From: Capsulimonadaceae bacterium
Lineage (GTDB): Bacteria > Armatimonadota > Armatimonadia > Armatimonadales > Capsulimonadaceae
Assembly (NCBI GenBank): GCA_965215505.1
Contig: OZ244065.1
Span: forward strand, 3,840,001-3,904,000
Direction: 5' to 3'
DNA length: 64,000 bases
The notes under the pieces are model-generated. The model was not told where the DNA came from. It saw only the letters and a program-made list of their open reading frames with translations, and did no database searches. The first letter of the stretch is position 1. Every line of letters begins with the position of its first letter. A program made the position numbers and the translations under genes. Shown one piece after another: positions 8,652 through 17,932 of this stretch.

Positions 8652-10850
8652 CTACACCGCCCCCAAGATCTGCGTCACCTGGCTCTGGGTTTCGACGAGC
8701 TTGAAGAAGTCGCCCTTCTTCTCCATTAATTCGGCGTGGGTCCCCATCTCGGAGATCTTGCCGCCGTCCAAAACGATCAGGCGGTCGGCGTTCCTGAGTG
8801 TGGACAGGCGGTGGGCGATGGCGAAGGTGGTCCGGCCCTTGATCAAGCGTCCGATGGCCTCTTGTATCTGCTTCTCCGTTTCCACGTCCACGGCGCTGGT
8901 CGCCTCGTCCAGAATCAGGATGCGCGGGTCGTGCAGGATGGCGCGGGCGATGGAGACGCGCTGGCGCTCGCCGCCGGAGAGCTTCGCGCCCCGCTCGCCC
9001 ACCATGGTGTCGTAGCCGTCCGGCTTCGCCAGGATGAAGTCGTGGGCGTTGGCGGCCTTGGCCGCCTCCATGATCTCCTCTAAAGACGCGCCGGGCTTGC
9101 CGTAGGCGATGTTGTCGGCGACGGTGCCGTTGAACAGGAACGGCTCCTGCAAGACGATCCCGATCTGGCGGCGCATGGCCTGGAGGCTCATCTCGGTGTA
9201 GTCCACGCCGTCTATCTTGAGCGTTCCGGCGTCCGGCTCATAGAACCGGCAGAGCAGGTTAATGGTCGTGCTTTTGCCCGCGCCGCTCTTGCCGACCAGG
9301 CCGATCATCTCGCCGGGTTTGGCCGTGAAGGTCAGGCCCTTCAGGACGGGGTTTGACTTGTCATAGCCGAATCGGACGTTTTCGAATTCGACCAGCCCCT
9401 CGATGGCGTGGGGCGCGTCGGCCGGCTTGCCGTAGTTCTCTTTTTCGGTGTCCATCACCTCGAAGATGCGCTCGGCCCCGGCCATGGCCCGGCTGAACCA
9501 GTTGTTGACCTGCGCGAACCACTGCAAAGGCCCGTAGATGAGGGCGAGATAGTTGTTGAACAGCCAGAAGTCGCCCAGGGTGAGCTGTCCCCGGTAGACC
9601 ATATAGCCGCCGACGGCCCAGTTGATAAGGCCGCCCATGCCGACGAACAGCGACATGACGCCGAAGATGGTGTTCCAGCGCGTGTCCCCGGCGATGCCGG
9701 CGTCGCGCAGCTCGGCGTTGCGGACGGCGAACTTGGCGTTCTCGTAGTCCTCCTGGGCGAAGGCCTTGACGACCCGGATGCCGGTCAGGGACTCGTTCAG
9801 GTGGATGTGGAACCGCGCCCACTTCTGTCCGACCCGCGTGAAGAGCTGCGCGACCGACTTCCAGAAGACGCCGCCGATGGCGACGACGACCGGGATGGGC
9901 GCGAGGATGCACAGGGTCAGCTTCCAGTTGACCGAAATCAGGAACCCGGCGATGCCGACCAGCAGCAGGCCGTTAATAAGAAAATACGGGACGCCTTCGG
10001 TCAGGAACCCCCAGACCCGGTCGGTGTCCTGGGTGACGCGGCTGGTGATCGCGCCGACCTGCTTCTTGTCGAAGTAGCCGAGCTGCAAGAACTCGATGGA
10101 CCGGTAGAGCCGGGCGCGCAGGTCGGCGGCGATGTTCCCGCCGAGGAACGCGATGGTGCGGCCCGTGAAGATCTGCACGGCGGACCCGACGACGAGGAGG
10201 GCGAGCCAGACTCCCATCAGCGGCAGCAGCGTCCCGACGTGAGCGTGGTGCCCCGGCGGGGGCGACAGGACGCGGTTGATCAGGCTGCGCTGGATCAGGC
10301 CGGGCGCGAGGCTCAGGGCGGTCGTCAAGGCGGCGAGGCAGGCCAGGATGGCGGCCTCCTTCTTGTAGGGCTTCAAGAAGCCCGCGATGCGCCACATCGT
10401 CTTGGAGCGGTTGACGCAGGCCGGGCAGATGCCGTCCTTCTCGGGCAGCAGCAGGCCGCAGTTCGCGCAGCGTGTCCGCTCCTCCTTCAGACTGATCTGG
10501 AACGGCTCGCCCTTGGCGAGCTGCTCGATGCCGCGTGCCGCCTCGCTGAACCGGGCGGCGACGGTCTGGGAGTAGGTGACGACGGGCACGATGTCGCCGT
10601 TTTTGGCCGTGATCTCCAGCCGCCCGCCGCCGACCAGAGGCTCGTTGCGGGCGGTCTGGATCTCGCTGATGGGCATCTGGAACTCGGTCGCGCCGCCCGC
10701 CTCCTCGATGCGGACGGACTCGCGGGTCACGACCAGTTCGCGGTGGCCGAACCCGCCGTCCGGGCCGAAGTCGGCCTGGAGCCGGATCAGCTCTCCCTCG
10801 TTCTCACTCTGCTGCTGATGCGCGGGTGGCATCGCTTGGACTGTCGCCAT
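8652..10850 (-). CDS. ABC exporter (TMD+NBD) with N-terminal extension and Zn ribbon
   Basis: GKSGAGKST, LSGGERQR, ILDEATS, IAHRLST; CANC...CPAC before the membrane domain. Confidence 0.93.
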   Translation of the reverse strand: MATVQAMPPAHQQQSENEGELIRLQADFGPDGGFGHRELVVTRESVRIEEAGGATEFQMPISEIQTARNEPLVGGGRLEITAKNGDIVPVVTYSQTVAARFSEAARGIEQLAKGEPFQISLKEERTRCANCGLLLPEKDGICPACVNRSKTMWRIAGFLKPYKKEAAILACLAALTTALSLAPGLIQRSLINRVLSPPPGHHAHVGTLLPLMGVWLALLVVGSAVQIFTGRTIAFLGGNIAADLRARLYRSIEFLQLGYFDKKQVGAITSRVTQDTDRVWGFLTEGVPYFLINGLLLVGIAGFLISVNWKLTLCILAPIPVVVAIGGVFWKSVAQLFTRVGQKWARFHIHLNESLTGIRVVKAFAQEDYENAKFAVRNAELRDAGIAGDTRWNTIFGVMSLFVGMGGLINWAVGGYMVYRGQLTLGDFWLFNNYLALIYGPLQWFAQVNNWFSRAMAGAERIFEVMDTEKENYGKPADAPHAIEGLVEFENVRFGYDKSNPVLKGLTFTAKPGEMIGLVGKSGAGKSTTINLLCRFYEPDAGTLKIDGVDYTEMSLQAMRRQIGIVLQEPFLFNGTVADNIAYGKPGASLEEIMEAAKAANAHDFILAKPDGYDTMVGERGAKLSGGERQRVSIARAILHDPRILILDEATSAVDVETEKQIQEAIGRLIKGRTTFAIAHRLSTLRNADRLIVLDGGKISEMGTHAELMEKKGDFFKLVETQSQVTQILGAV

Positions 10851-10912
10851 GGTTTCTCCTCGCTGCCGGTGCGCGCGCAGGGGGCGGGATGGGCCGCAAG
10901 CGGCACAGACAC

Positions 10913-10975
10913 AAAAAAGACCTCGAACTCGCCGTCACGTCTTGAAAAACGTTGCGGAAGCCCGAAGCCTTCGGT
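10913..10975 (-). terminator. Intrinsic terminator/attenuator in the ABC exporter leader
   Basis: Minus strand GAAGGCTTCGGGCTTCCGCAACG...CGTGACGGCGAGTTCGAGGTC-TTTTTT: long G-U-rich stem plus U tract upstream of the start codon. Confidence 0.65.
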
Positions 10976-11001
10976 GAAGTATGGAGGGTGTGCGGCTCGT
11001 T

Positions 11002-11157
11002 TTAGAAGCGGCGACTCCTCCCGGAAGGCGACGGGCAGGCTCTGAAGTTGACCGGCGTGGCGGTGCGGTCGGTGGCCGGAACGAAGCCGTTCAGGCGGGA
11101 CACACCATTGGCGTTGAGGACAAGTCCGGTGGGCGCGATCATGCGATGCATCTTCAT
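11002..11157 (-). CDS. Putative 51-aa leader peptide (uORF)
   Basis: MKMHRMIAPTG...GRSRRF after GGAAGGAAG, between the promoter and the leader terminator. Confidence 0.5.
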   Translation of the reverse strand: MKMHRMIAPTGLVLNANGVSRLNGFVPATDRTATPVNFRACPSPSGRSRRF

Positions 11158-11209
11158 CTGAGCGATCTTCCTTCCGTTAAAGTTGGACCCGGCTGGCGGG
11201 AACGGCAAG

Positions 11210-11239
11210 AGTATAGCCGCTGGGCCGGCTGTTTGTCAA
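11210..11239 (-). promoter_or_regulatory. sigma70 promoter
   Basis: TTGACA-N18-TATACT on minus. Confidence 0.65.
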
Positions 11240-11285
11240 GCCCGCGCGGGCCTGGGTGAAAAAGATGTTGGTGGGGGGCTGCGGT

Positions 11286-11411
11286 CACGGGGCTGAACCC
11301 CCGTGCTGTAAAAGTGCAAGCCCCCGAGGGTAAGGGCGAAGATGTCGGAGTGGAACGGAAGGGAGAAGAGGGCGCGGGCGGGAAAGAGGGCGCGGCAAGC
11401 AGCGCCCCTAC
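11286..11411. repeat. Family A REP-like arm plus GTAG-type palindrome
   Basis: CACGGGGCTGAACCCCCGTGCTGTAAAAGTGCAAGCCCCCGAGGGTAAGGGCGAAGAT matches the reverse complement of 52513-52570; GAGGGCGCGGCAAGCAGCGCCCCTAC follows. Confidence 0.8.
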
Positions 11412-11433
11412 GCGATTGCCTTTCTATGCCCCG

Positions 11434-11778
11434 TCAACCCGCCCACGAAAAAGCGCCATCCTCCTCCGGCTCGAATTCCTGCACTTCCACCACGGCGTCT
11501 AGATTGAGCGGGCCGTAGAGGTGGGGGAACAGGCTGCCGTCGGCGGCCTCGTACCGGACCTCCGGCACCAGCCGGCCCGCGTCAATGACCAGCAGGACCA
11601 GTCCACGCTGCCCGCGGTAGAAGCGGTTCGCCGTCGCCGCCACCTGCGCGGGCGTCGAGCAGTGGATGAAGCCCTCGGAGGCCAGGCTGGCGGCGCGGTA
11701 CTCGCCTGATTCCTGCGCCTCCCGCCAGTCGGAGGCGGGGCAGATGTGGAGCAGTGTTTCCATGTGCAGAGTGTCCAT
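11434..11778 (-). CDS. DUF952 family protein
   Basis: SLASEGFIHCST, QVAATANRFY, FPHLYGPLN; TATAAT 6 nt before the ATG (leaderless). Confidence 0.88.
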   Translation of the reverse strand: MDTLHMETLLHICPASDWREAQESGEYRAASLASEGFIHCSTPAQVAATANRFYRGQRGLVLLVIDAGRLVPEVRYEAADGSLFPHLYGPLNLDAVVEVQEFEPEEDGAFSWAG

Positions 11779-11963
11779 GCCTGCATTATACACCAGCCCG
11801 GTGTCACCCCCAAAGACCACAAAAAAACCGTAATCCACCACCGGCAAATATCATTGGAATCAAGGCGCAAGCAGTGGAACAATGTGTTCGCCCCGGTAGA
11901 CCGCACAGGCTCTTCCCGGTTTTCCAGTCAACGAAGACCGCAGCAGGGCACTGCGGCGAGGAG

Positions 11964-13160
11964 ATGTTCGTGAAAAAGATTTTGCTGGTCGCCAACACGG
12001 GGTGGTATCTCTACAATTTCCGCCTGCCGCTGGCGCGACTCCTGCGCGCGCAGGGCGTGGAACCCGTCCTGGTGTCGCCCCGCGACGCCTACGTTGAGCG
12101 GCTCCAGTCCGAGGGGTTCCGCTGGGTCGAGTTCGCCTTGAACCGCCGCAGCCGTAACCCGCTGCGCGAGATGCTCGTCGTCGCCGCCCTCGTCCGCATC
12201 TACCGGGCGGAGCGGCCGGCGGCGGTGCACCATTTCACCGCCAAGTGCATGCTGTACGGGACCATCGCGGCGAAACTCAGCGGCATCCGCGCCGTCGTCA
12301 ACGCCGTGACGGGTCTGGGGCCGGTCTTCATCGGCACGGACTGGAAGGCACGCGCGCTGCGCCCGCTGCTGCGCTGGTTCTACCGCAACGTCATGACGGC
12401 GCGGCGCGTGTGCGTCGTCTTCCAGAACCCCGATGACTTGCAGACCTTCACCGACCTGCACATGGTCATCCCGGACCGGACCATCATCATCCGCGGGTCG
12501 GGCGTGGACTTGCAGCGGTTCTCCCCCCGGCCGGGCCGGCCCGGCGGGCCGCCGACCCCGGTCATACTGTTCGCCGCGCGCCTGATCCGCGAGAAGGGCA
12601 TCGAGGAGTTCGTCGAGGCCGCCCGGCTGCTCAAGCGCCGGGGTGTTCAGGCGGTCTTCCAGGTGGCCGGCGCGTCCGACCCCGGCAACCCGTCGTTCGT
12701 CAGCGAGGAGACGCTGGAGGCGTGGCGCAGGGAGGGGGCGGTGGACCTGCTGGGCCATGTGGCCGAGATGGACGATCTGATCGCCCACGCCGCCCTGGTC
12801 GTCCTCTCGACGCGGGGCGGCGAGGGCGTCCCGCGCGTCCTGCTGGAAGCGGCGGCGATGGGCAAGCCGCTGATCGCGACGGACGTGCCCGGCTGCCGCG
12901 AGGCCGTCGTCCACGGCGAGAACGGCCTCCTGGTGCCGCGCGGCGATGCGCCGGCCCTGGCGGACGCCATCGAGGCCCTGATCCAAGCCCCCGCGCTGCG
13001 GGCGCGGATGGGGGAGAACGGCCGCCGGAAGATGGTCCGGGAGTTCGACTGCGAGGACGTCGCGCGGCGGACCGGCCAGGTGTATGTGAAGCTGGGCGCG
13101 CTGCCCGCCATGCCCGTCTTCGACGGGGTGCCGGAGCCGGCGCTCAAGAAGGCCGCGTAA
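11964..13160 (+). CDS. Glycosyltransferase family 4 (CapM-like)
   Basis: WYLYNFRLPL, ARLIREKGIEEF, EGVPRVLLEAAAMG, TDVPGCRE. Confidence 0.92.
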   Translation: MFVKKILLVANTGWYLYNFRLPLARLLRAQGVEPVLVSPRDAYVERLQSEGFRWVEFALNRRSRNPLREMLVVAALVRIYRAERPAAVHHFTAKCMLYGTIAAKLSGIRAVVNAVTGLGPVFIGTDWKARALRPLLRWFYRNVMTARRVCVVFQNPDDLQTFTDLHMVIPDRTIIIRGSGVDLQRFSPRPGRPGGPPTPVILFAARLIREKGIEEFVEAARLLKRRGVQAVFQVAGASDPGNPSFVSEETLEAWRREGAVDLLGHVAEMDDLIAHAALVVLSTRGGEGVPRVLLEAAAMGKPLIATDVPGCREAVVHGENGLLVPRGDAPALADAIEALIQAPALRARMGENGRRKMVREFDCEDVARRTGQVYVKLGALPAMPVFDGVPEPALKKAA

Positions 13161-13177
13161 CAAGCGATCCGAGGCGA

Positions 13178-13423
13178 CACGGGGCTGAACCCCCGTGCTT
13201 TGGGAAAGCAACTCCCCGCCTTCGCGGGCAGGGGAGGGCGGGGGATTAAAGAGGGCGGGGGGACCCCGCCCCTACACGGTCATGTCTTCGCCCGCGCCGA
13301 AATCTTCGCCCGCGCCTCCTAGTCGCTGCGCTCCATAGCGGAGTGAAAGGCGGGGGCTTGCACGTCTAAAGCCCAGGGGTTCACCCCGCTGCCGAAGCCC
13401 TGCGGACAGGGGTTCACCCCTGG
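13178..13423. repeat. Family A composite REP/REPIN-like element
   Basis: Inverted relative of 962-1164, with a nested ...CGCCCCTAC palindrome at 13251-13275. Confidence 0.8.
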
Positions 13424-13463
13424 ATGTCTATGGCGGCAGGTCGATAGAGATAGGCTAACAGAG

Positions 13464-13493
13464 AAAGGGGGCCGCAACAGTGCGGCCCCCTTT
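13464..13493. terminator. Bidirectional terminator-like hairpin between convergent genes
   Basis: AAAGGGGGCCGCA-ACAG-TGCGGCCCCCTTT. Confidence 0.6.
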
Positions 13494-13660
13494 GTTGCGG
13501 CTGGCTTCCCGCGCCCCGGCCCTTCAGGGACAGTGCGGCCCCCTTTGTTGCGGCTGGCTTCCCGCGCCCCGGCCCTGAAGGGCCGGGCTACCTCCGGCTT
13601 CGCCGGACGAAGCCCCTCCGGGGCTGCGTACTTTGTTGAGCCTGGCCTTTCAAGGCTGGG
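13477..13660. repeat. 53-bp-period duplication plus family B palindromes
   Basis: ACAGTGCGGCCCCCTTTGTTGCGGCTGGCTTCCCGCGCCCCGGCCC at 13477 and 13530; CCCGGCCCTGAAGGGCCGGG at 13568. Confidence 0.8.
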
Positions 13661-13672
13661 ACGTGGTCCCAC

Positions 13673-14698
13673 TCACTTGCCGTAGTAGTCGCGATACCAT
13701 TCGACGAAGCGCGAGACGCCCACCTCGACCGGCGTGCAGGGGCGATACCCCGTGGCGCGGACGAGGTCTTCCGCGTCGGCGAACGTCTCCGGCACGTCGC
13801 CGGGCTGGAGGGGCAGCGAGTTGATCAGCGCCTTCCGCCCGGTCCGCTCCTCGATCAGCCGGATGAAGTCCATCAGCTCGACCGTCTCGCTGCTGCCGGT
13901 GTTGTAAAGCCGGTACGGCGCGGGGCTGTCGCCCGCCTCGGGGCTGCCGTCTGCTCCGCCGTCTGATCCGCCGTCCGGTCCGGGCGCGGGGGGGCGGCGC
14001 ATCACGCGGACGATTCCCTCGACCACGTCCTCCACATAGGTGAAGGAGCGCCGCATCCGGCCGTGGTTGAAGACGTTGATCGGCTCCCCCTCCAGGATGG
14101 ACTTGGTGAACAGGAACAGGGCCATGTCGGGTCGGCCCCACGGCCCGTAGACCGTGAAGAACCGCAGCCCGGTCGTCGGCAGCCCGAACAGGTGGCTGTA
14201 GGTGTGTGCCATCAGCTCATTGGCTTTCTTAGTCGCGGCGTACAGGCTGATCGGGTGGTCCACGCGGTCCCCGACCGAGAAGGGCATTTTGGTGTTCGCG
14301 CCGTAGACCGAGCTGGAAGAGGCATAGATCAGGTGCCCGACGCCGTGATGCCGGCAGGCCTCCAGGATGTTGACGAACCCGACCAGATTGCTCTGCACAT
14401 AGACGTGCGGGTTCTCCAGGGAGTAGCGCACGCCGGCCTGGGCCGCGAGGTTCACGACCGTCTCGGGCCGCTCCTCGGCGAACAGCCGCTCCAGGCAGTC
14501 GCGGTCGGTCAGGTCCTGGTGGTAGAACCGGAAGCACGGCTCGCCGCGAAGCTCGGCCAGCCGCGCCTGCTTCAGCGTCACGTCGTAGTAGTCGTTCAGG
14601 TTGTCCAGGCCGATGACGCGGTGGCCCTCGGCCAGCAGGCGCCGGCTCAGGTGGAAGCCGATGAATCCGGCGGCACCGGTCACTAGAATGTTTGCCAA
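13673..14698 (-). CDS. NAD-dependent epimerase, UDP-glucuronate 4-epimerase type
   Basis: ILVTGAAGFIG, NLAAQAGVRYS, YAATKK, RFFTVYGPWGRPDMA; TTG start after AGGGAG. Confidence 0.93.
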   Translation of the reverse strand: MANILVTGAAGFIGFHLSRRLLAEGHRVIGLDNLNDYYDVTLKQARLAELRGEPCFRFYHQDLTDRDCLERLFAEERPETVVNLAAQAGVRYSLENPHVYVQSNLVGFVNILEACRHHGVGHLIYASSSSVYGANTKMPFSVGDRVDHPISLYAATKKANELMAHTYSHLFGLPTTGLRFFTVYGPWGRPDMALFLFTKSILEGEPINVFNHGRMRRSFTYVEDVVEGIVRVMRRPPAPGPDGGSDGGADGSPEAGDSPAPYRLYNTGSSETVELMDFIRLIEERTGRKALINSLPLQPGDVPETFADAEDLVRATGYRPCTPVEVGVSRFVEWYRDYYGK

Positions 14699-14780
14699 TG
14701 ATCTCTCCCTATATTGCAATAATTGCGATAAATAGTCACGGACGCGATGAGCCACCGCCCGAGCGCGCGTCCCCCCCGGT

Positions 14781-16742
14781 TTAGAGGGGGTTCGCCTCGT
14801 GCCACGCCTGGAACATCAGGACGCCCCACAGGTGGGACTGCCAGTTCCGCCGGCCGGACAGGTGTTCGGCCCACTTGGCCCGGATCGGGGCCGGGTCGAA
14901 AAAGCCCTCGTCCCGCAGGCGGTTTTCGTCTAGAAGTGCCTCCGCCCAGGGCCGCAGGGGGCCGCGCAGCCAGGAGTCCAGCGGCACCCCGAAGCCCATC
15001 TTGGGCCGCTCGATCATCTCGCGCGGGACGTACCGGTACAGCACCTGCCGCAGCAGCCACTTCCCCTGGCCGTCGCGCAGGGTCAGGGACAGGGGGAGCC
15101 GCCAGGCGAACTCGACGACCCGGTGGTCCAGCAGGGGGACGCGGGCTTCCAGGCCCACCGCCATGCTCGCCCGGTCCACCTTCGTGAGGATGTCGTCGGG
15201 CAGATAGCTCATCTGGTCCCTGTACATCATCCTTTGCGTGAGGTCCGTCGGCCCCGCCCACCGGTCTTCGCCGGTCAGGGCGGTCGGCGGCTCGCCGACG
15301 TGTTCACCCAGGACGAGGGCGGCGGGGTCCGTCCAGTGCGAGACCAGAGTCCCGTACATGGCGTCCGGGCAGTCGGCGCGCAGGATGTCGGCGGTCTTGG
15401 CGACCTTGCCGCTGAGGCCGCCGTGGCGCAGGCCGCGCGGCAGGAGCGGGTGTATCTGCCGGGCCAATGCGTCCACGGTCCGGGACGGCACGGCGGTGAG
15501 CGCGCCGGCCGCCGCCCGGCGCAGGGCCGGGGGCATCCGGTCCATCCGGTCCCACAGCCTGCGCCCGGCGAAGTAGCGGTTGTACCCGGCGAACAGCTCG
15601 TCGCCGCCGTCCCCGGACAGGCTGACCGTGACCGAGCGGCGGGCGAGCTGGGAGACCAGGAACGTCGGGATCTGCGACGAGTCCGCGAACGGCTCGTCGT
15701 ACATGGCGGGCAGGGCGGGGATGACCGCCTGGGCGTCTTCGGGTGAGACGTAAAGCTCGGTGTGGTCCGTGCCCAGGTGGCCCGCCACCTCGCGGGCGAA
15801 CGGGGCCTCGTCGTAGCCGGACTCGCGGAACCCGACCGAGAAGGTCTGGACGGGGCGGGCGCTCTGGGCCTGCATCAGCGCCACGACCGCGCTCGAATCC
15901 ACGCCGCCGGACAGGAAGGCCCCCAGGGGGACGTCGGCGACCATCCGCAGCCCGACCGCCTCGCGCAGCAGGGCGTCCAGCCGGTCCGTCGCCTCCGCCT
16001 CGGAGCCGGAGAACGGGTCGGCCAGCCCCGCCGCCGCCGCGTCGCGCGCGGACCAGTAGGGGACCGGGGTGGCCTCCCCGCCCCCGCGCAGGGTCAGGAT
16101 CGTGCCGGGCGGCAGCTTCCGGATGCCTTTGTAGATGCTGTAGGGCGCGGGGACGTAGTTGTGGCGCAGCAAGAGCGTCAGGACGTCCCGGTCTATCTCG
16201 GGGCGGAAGGCGGGGTGCGCCCGCAGCGCCTTGAGTTCCGAGCCGAACAGCAGGGTGTCCCCGGCCCAGCCGTAGTACAGCGGCTTGATGCCGAGCCGGT
16301 CGCGGACTAGGTGCAGGATGCGCTCCTGGCGGTCCCACAGGGCGAAGGCGAACATGCCGACGAAGCGCCGGACGGCGGCCTCCAGCCCCCACGCCTCGAT
16401 GGCGGCCAGCATGACCTCGGTGTCCGAGCGCCCCCGGAAGGCGGGGGCGGCGTTCTGGCCCGTCAGTTCCGCGCGCAGGGCTTCAAAGTTGTAGACCTCG
16501 CCGTTGAAGGCGATGACGTAGCGCTCCGAGGCGGACGTCATCGGCTGGTGCCCCGCCGGGGAGAGGTCCACGATCGCCAGCCGCCGGAACCCGAACGCGA
16601 CGCCGGCCCGCGCCTCCGCCCACTCCCCGCCGTCGTCCGGGCCGCGGTGGTGCAGGGTCCCGGCCATCCGCCGCACCGTCTGGCACAGGTCCGCCCCCGC
16701 CCGCCGCGCGCTCGTCTCCCAGAATCCAGTCAAGCCACACAT
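14781..16742 (-). CDS. asnB: Asparagine synthase (glutamine-hydrolysing), polysaccharide amidotransferase type
   Basis: MCGLTG Ntn start, HRGPDD, RDRLGIKPLYY, FLSGGVDSS, SGDGGDELFAGY. Confidence 0.95.
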   Translation of the reverse strand: MCGLTGFWETSARRAGADLCQTVRRMAGTLHHRGPDDGGEWAEARAGVAFGFRRLAIVDLSPAGHQPMTSASERYVIAFNGEVYNFEALRAELTGQNAAPAFRGRSDTEVMLAAIEAWGLEAAVRRFVGMFAFALWDRQERILHLVRDRLGIKPLYYGWAGDTLLFGSELKALRAHPAFRPEIDRDVLTLLLRHNYVPAPYSIYKGIRKLPPGTILTLRGGGEATPVPYWSARDAAAAGLADPFSGSEAEATDRLDALLREAVGLRMVADVPLGAFLSGGVDSSAVVALMQAQSARPVQTFSVGFRESGYDEAPFAREVAGHLGTDHTELYVSPEDAQAVIPALPAMYDEPFADSSQIPTFLVSQLARRSVTVSLSGDGGDELFAGYNRYFAGRRLWDRMDRMPPALRRAAAGALTAVPSRTVDALARQIHPLLPRGLRHGGLSGKVAKTADILRADCPDAMYGTLVSHWTDPAALVLGEHVGEPPTALTGEDRWAGPTDLTQRMMYRDQMSYLPDDILTKVDRASMAVGLEARVPLLDHRVVEFAWRLPLSLTLRDGQGKWLLRQVLYRYVPREMIERPKMGFGVPLDSWLRGPLRPWAEALLDENRLRDEGFFDPAPIRAKWAEHLSGRRNWQSHLWGVLMFQAWHEANPL

Positions 16743-17932
16743 ACGCTCGCCTCCCCTTCTCCGCTCGCCGCCCGCTGCCCGCCCGCCGTTTCCGCGTAGA
16801 GATGCCCGTAGCGGGCCGCGATGACCCGGATGTCGAAGTGCGTCTCGACGCGACGCCGGGCCAGCGCGCCCAGCCGCCGCCGCCCCTCGCCGCCCATGTC
16901 CAGCAGGTCCCGCCACGCCCCCGCAAGCGCTTCGGGGTCGCGCGGCGGCACGATGCGCCCCGTGTCTCCCACCAGCAGGGCGCAGTCGCCGACGTCGGTG
17001 GCGGCGCAGGGGACGCCGCAGGCCATCAGCTCGTTGAGCGCCATGGGGAAGCCCTCGCCGTAGGCGGAGGAGAGGCTGCCGACGTCCAGGGCGGCGGCGA
17101 GCCGCGCGACGTCCGGCCGCCGTCCCAGCAGGCGGAATCGGCCGCGCATCGCGGGCGGCACCCATTCGCTGAAGGCCGGGTTGTCCCAGGCGACGTCCAG
17201 CCCGCACAGCAGGAAATGGGCGTCGGGCCGGTCCTGGTGGAGCCGGACGGCGGCCCGGACGAAGTTCCGGTGGTCCTTCTGCGGGTTGAAACGGCCAGCC
17301 ATGCCGATCAGCGGGGTGTCGTCGCAGAGGCCGAGTTCCTCCCGGACGGCCCGCCGCGCCTCCCTGTCCGGCCGGAAGGCGTCGGTGTCGGCGGCGTTGG
17401 GGATGACGGTGATCTTGCCCCTGTCGTAGCCCAGCCTCCCGTGTTCCTCACGGGCCGCGGCCGAGCAGGAGACGATGCGCCTGGGCAGGTGGCGCGACAG
17501 GCGCGCGCAGAGGCGCGCGGTCAGCACGGTGCTTCGCTTGTCGTGGTCGGGGTGGAATCCGCCGTACTGGATGTTCCAGACGACGGGCGGGCTGCCGGCG
17601 GCGCGGGCGGCCAGCGCCCCGAGCAGGTCGGCGTGGTACATCCAGGTCTGCACGACCTGGGGCCGGGCCGCCCGCAGCCAGCGGGCCAGGCGCAGCAGAA
17701 GCCGCGGGTCGGGCGGGCCGCTCCGGCCCATGCCCAGGGCGCGCACCGGGATTCCCAGCCCGCGTATCTTCTCGCCGACCGGGCCGACGTCGGTCAGGGA
17801 GATCACTTCGGAGGGGAAGTCGGCGCGGTCCATGTGGGCCAGAAGCTGATACAGCATCATCTCCGCCCCGCCGACCTCCAGGCCGGTGATGACGTGGACG
17901 ATGTTGGTTGCAGGTCTTGTCGCAGATTTCAT
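16730..17932 (-). CDS. Glycosyltransferase family 4
   Basis: HVITGLEVGGAE, TWMYHADL, EGFPMALNELMACG. Confidence 0.9.
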   Translation of the reverse strand: MKSATRPATNIVHVITGLEVGGAEMMLYQLLAHMDRADFPSEVISLTDVGPVGEKIRGLGIPVRALGMGRSGPPDPRLLLRLARWLRAARPQVVQTWMYHADLLGALAARAAGSPPVVWNIQYGGFHPDHDKRSTVLTARLCARLSRHLPRRIVSCSAAAREEHGRLGYDRGKITVIPNAADTDAFRPDREARRAVREELGLCDDTPLIGMAGRFNPQKDHRNFVRAAVRLHQDRPDAHFLLCGLDVAWDNPAFSEWVPPAMRGRFRLLGRRPDVARLAAALDVGSLSSAYGEGFPMALNELMACGVPCAATDVGDCALLVGDTGRIVPPRDPEALAGAWRDLLDMGGEGRRRLGALARRRVETHFDIRVIAARYGHLYAETAGGQRAASGEGEASVCVA

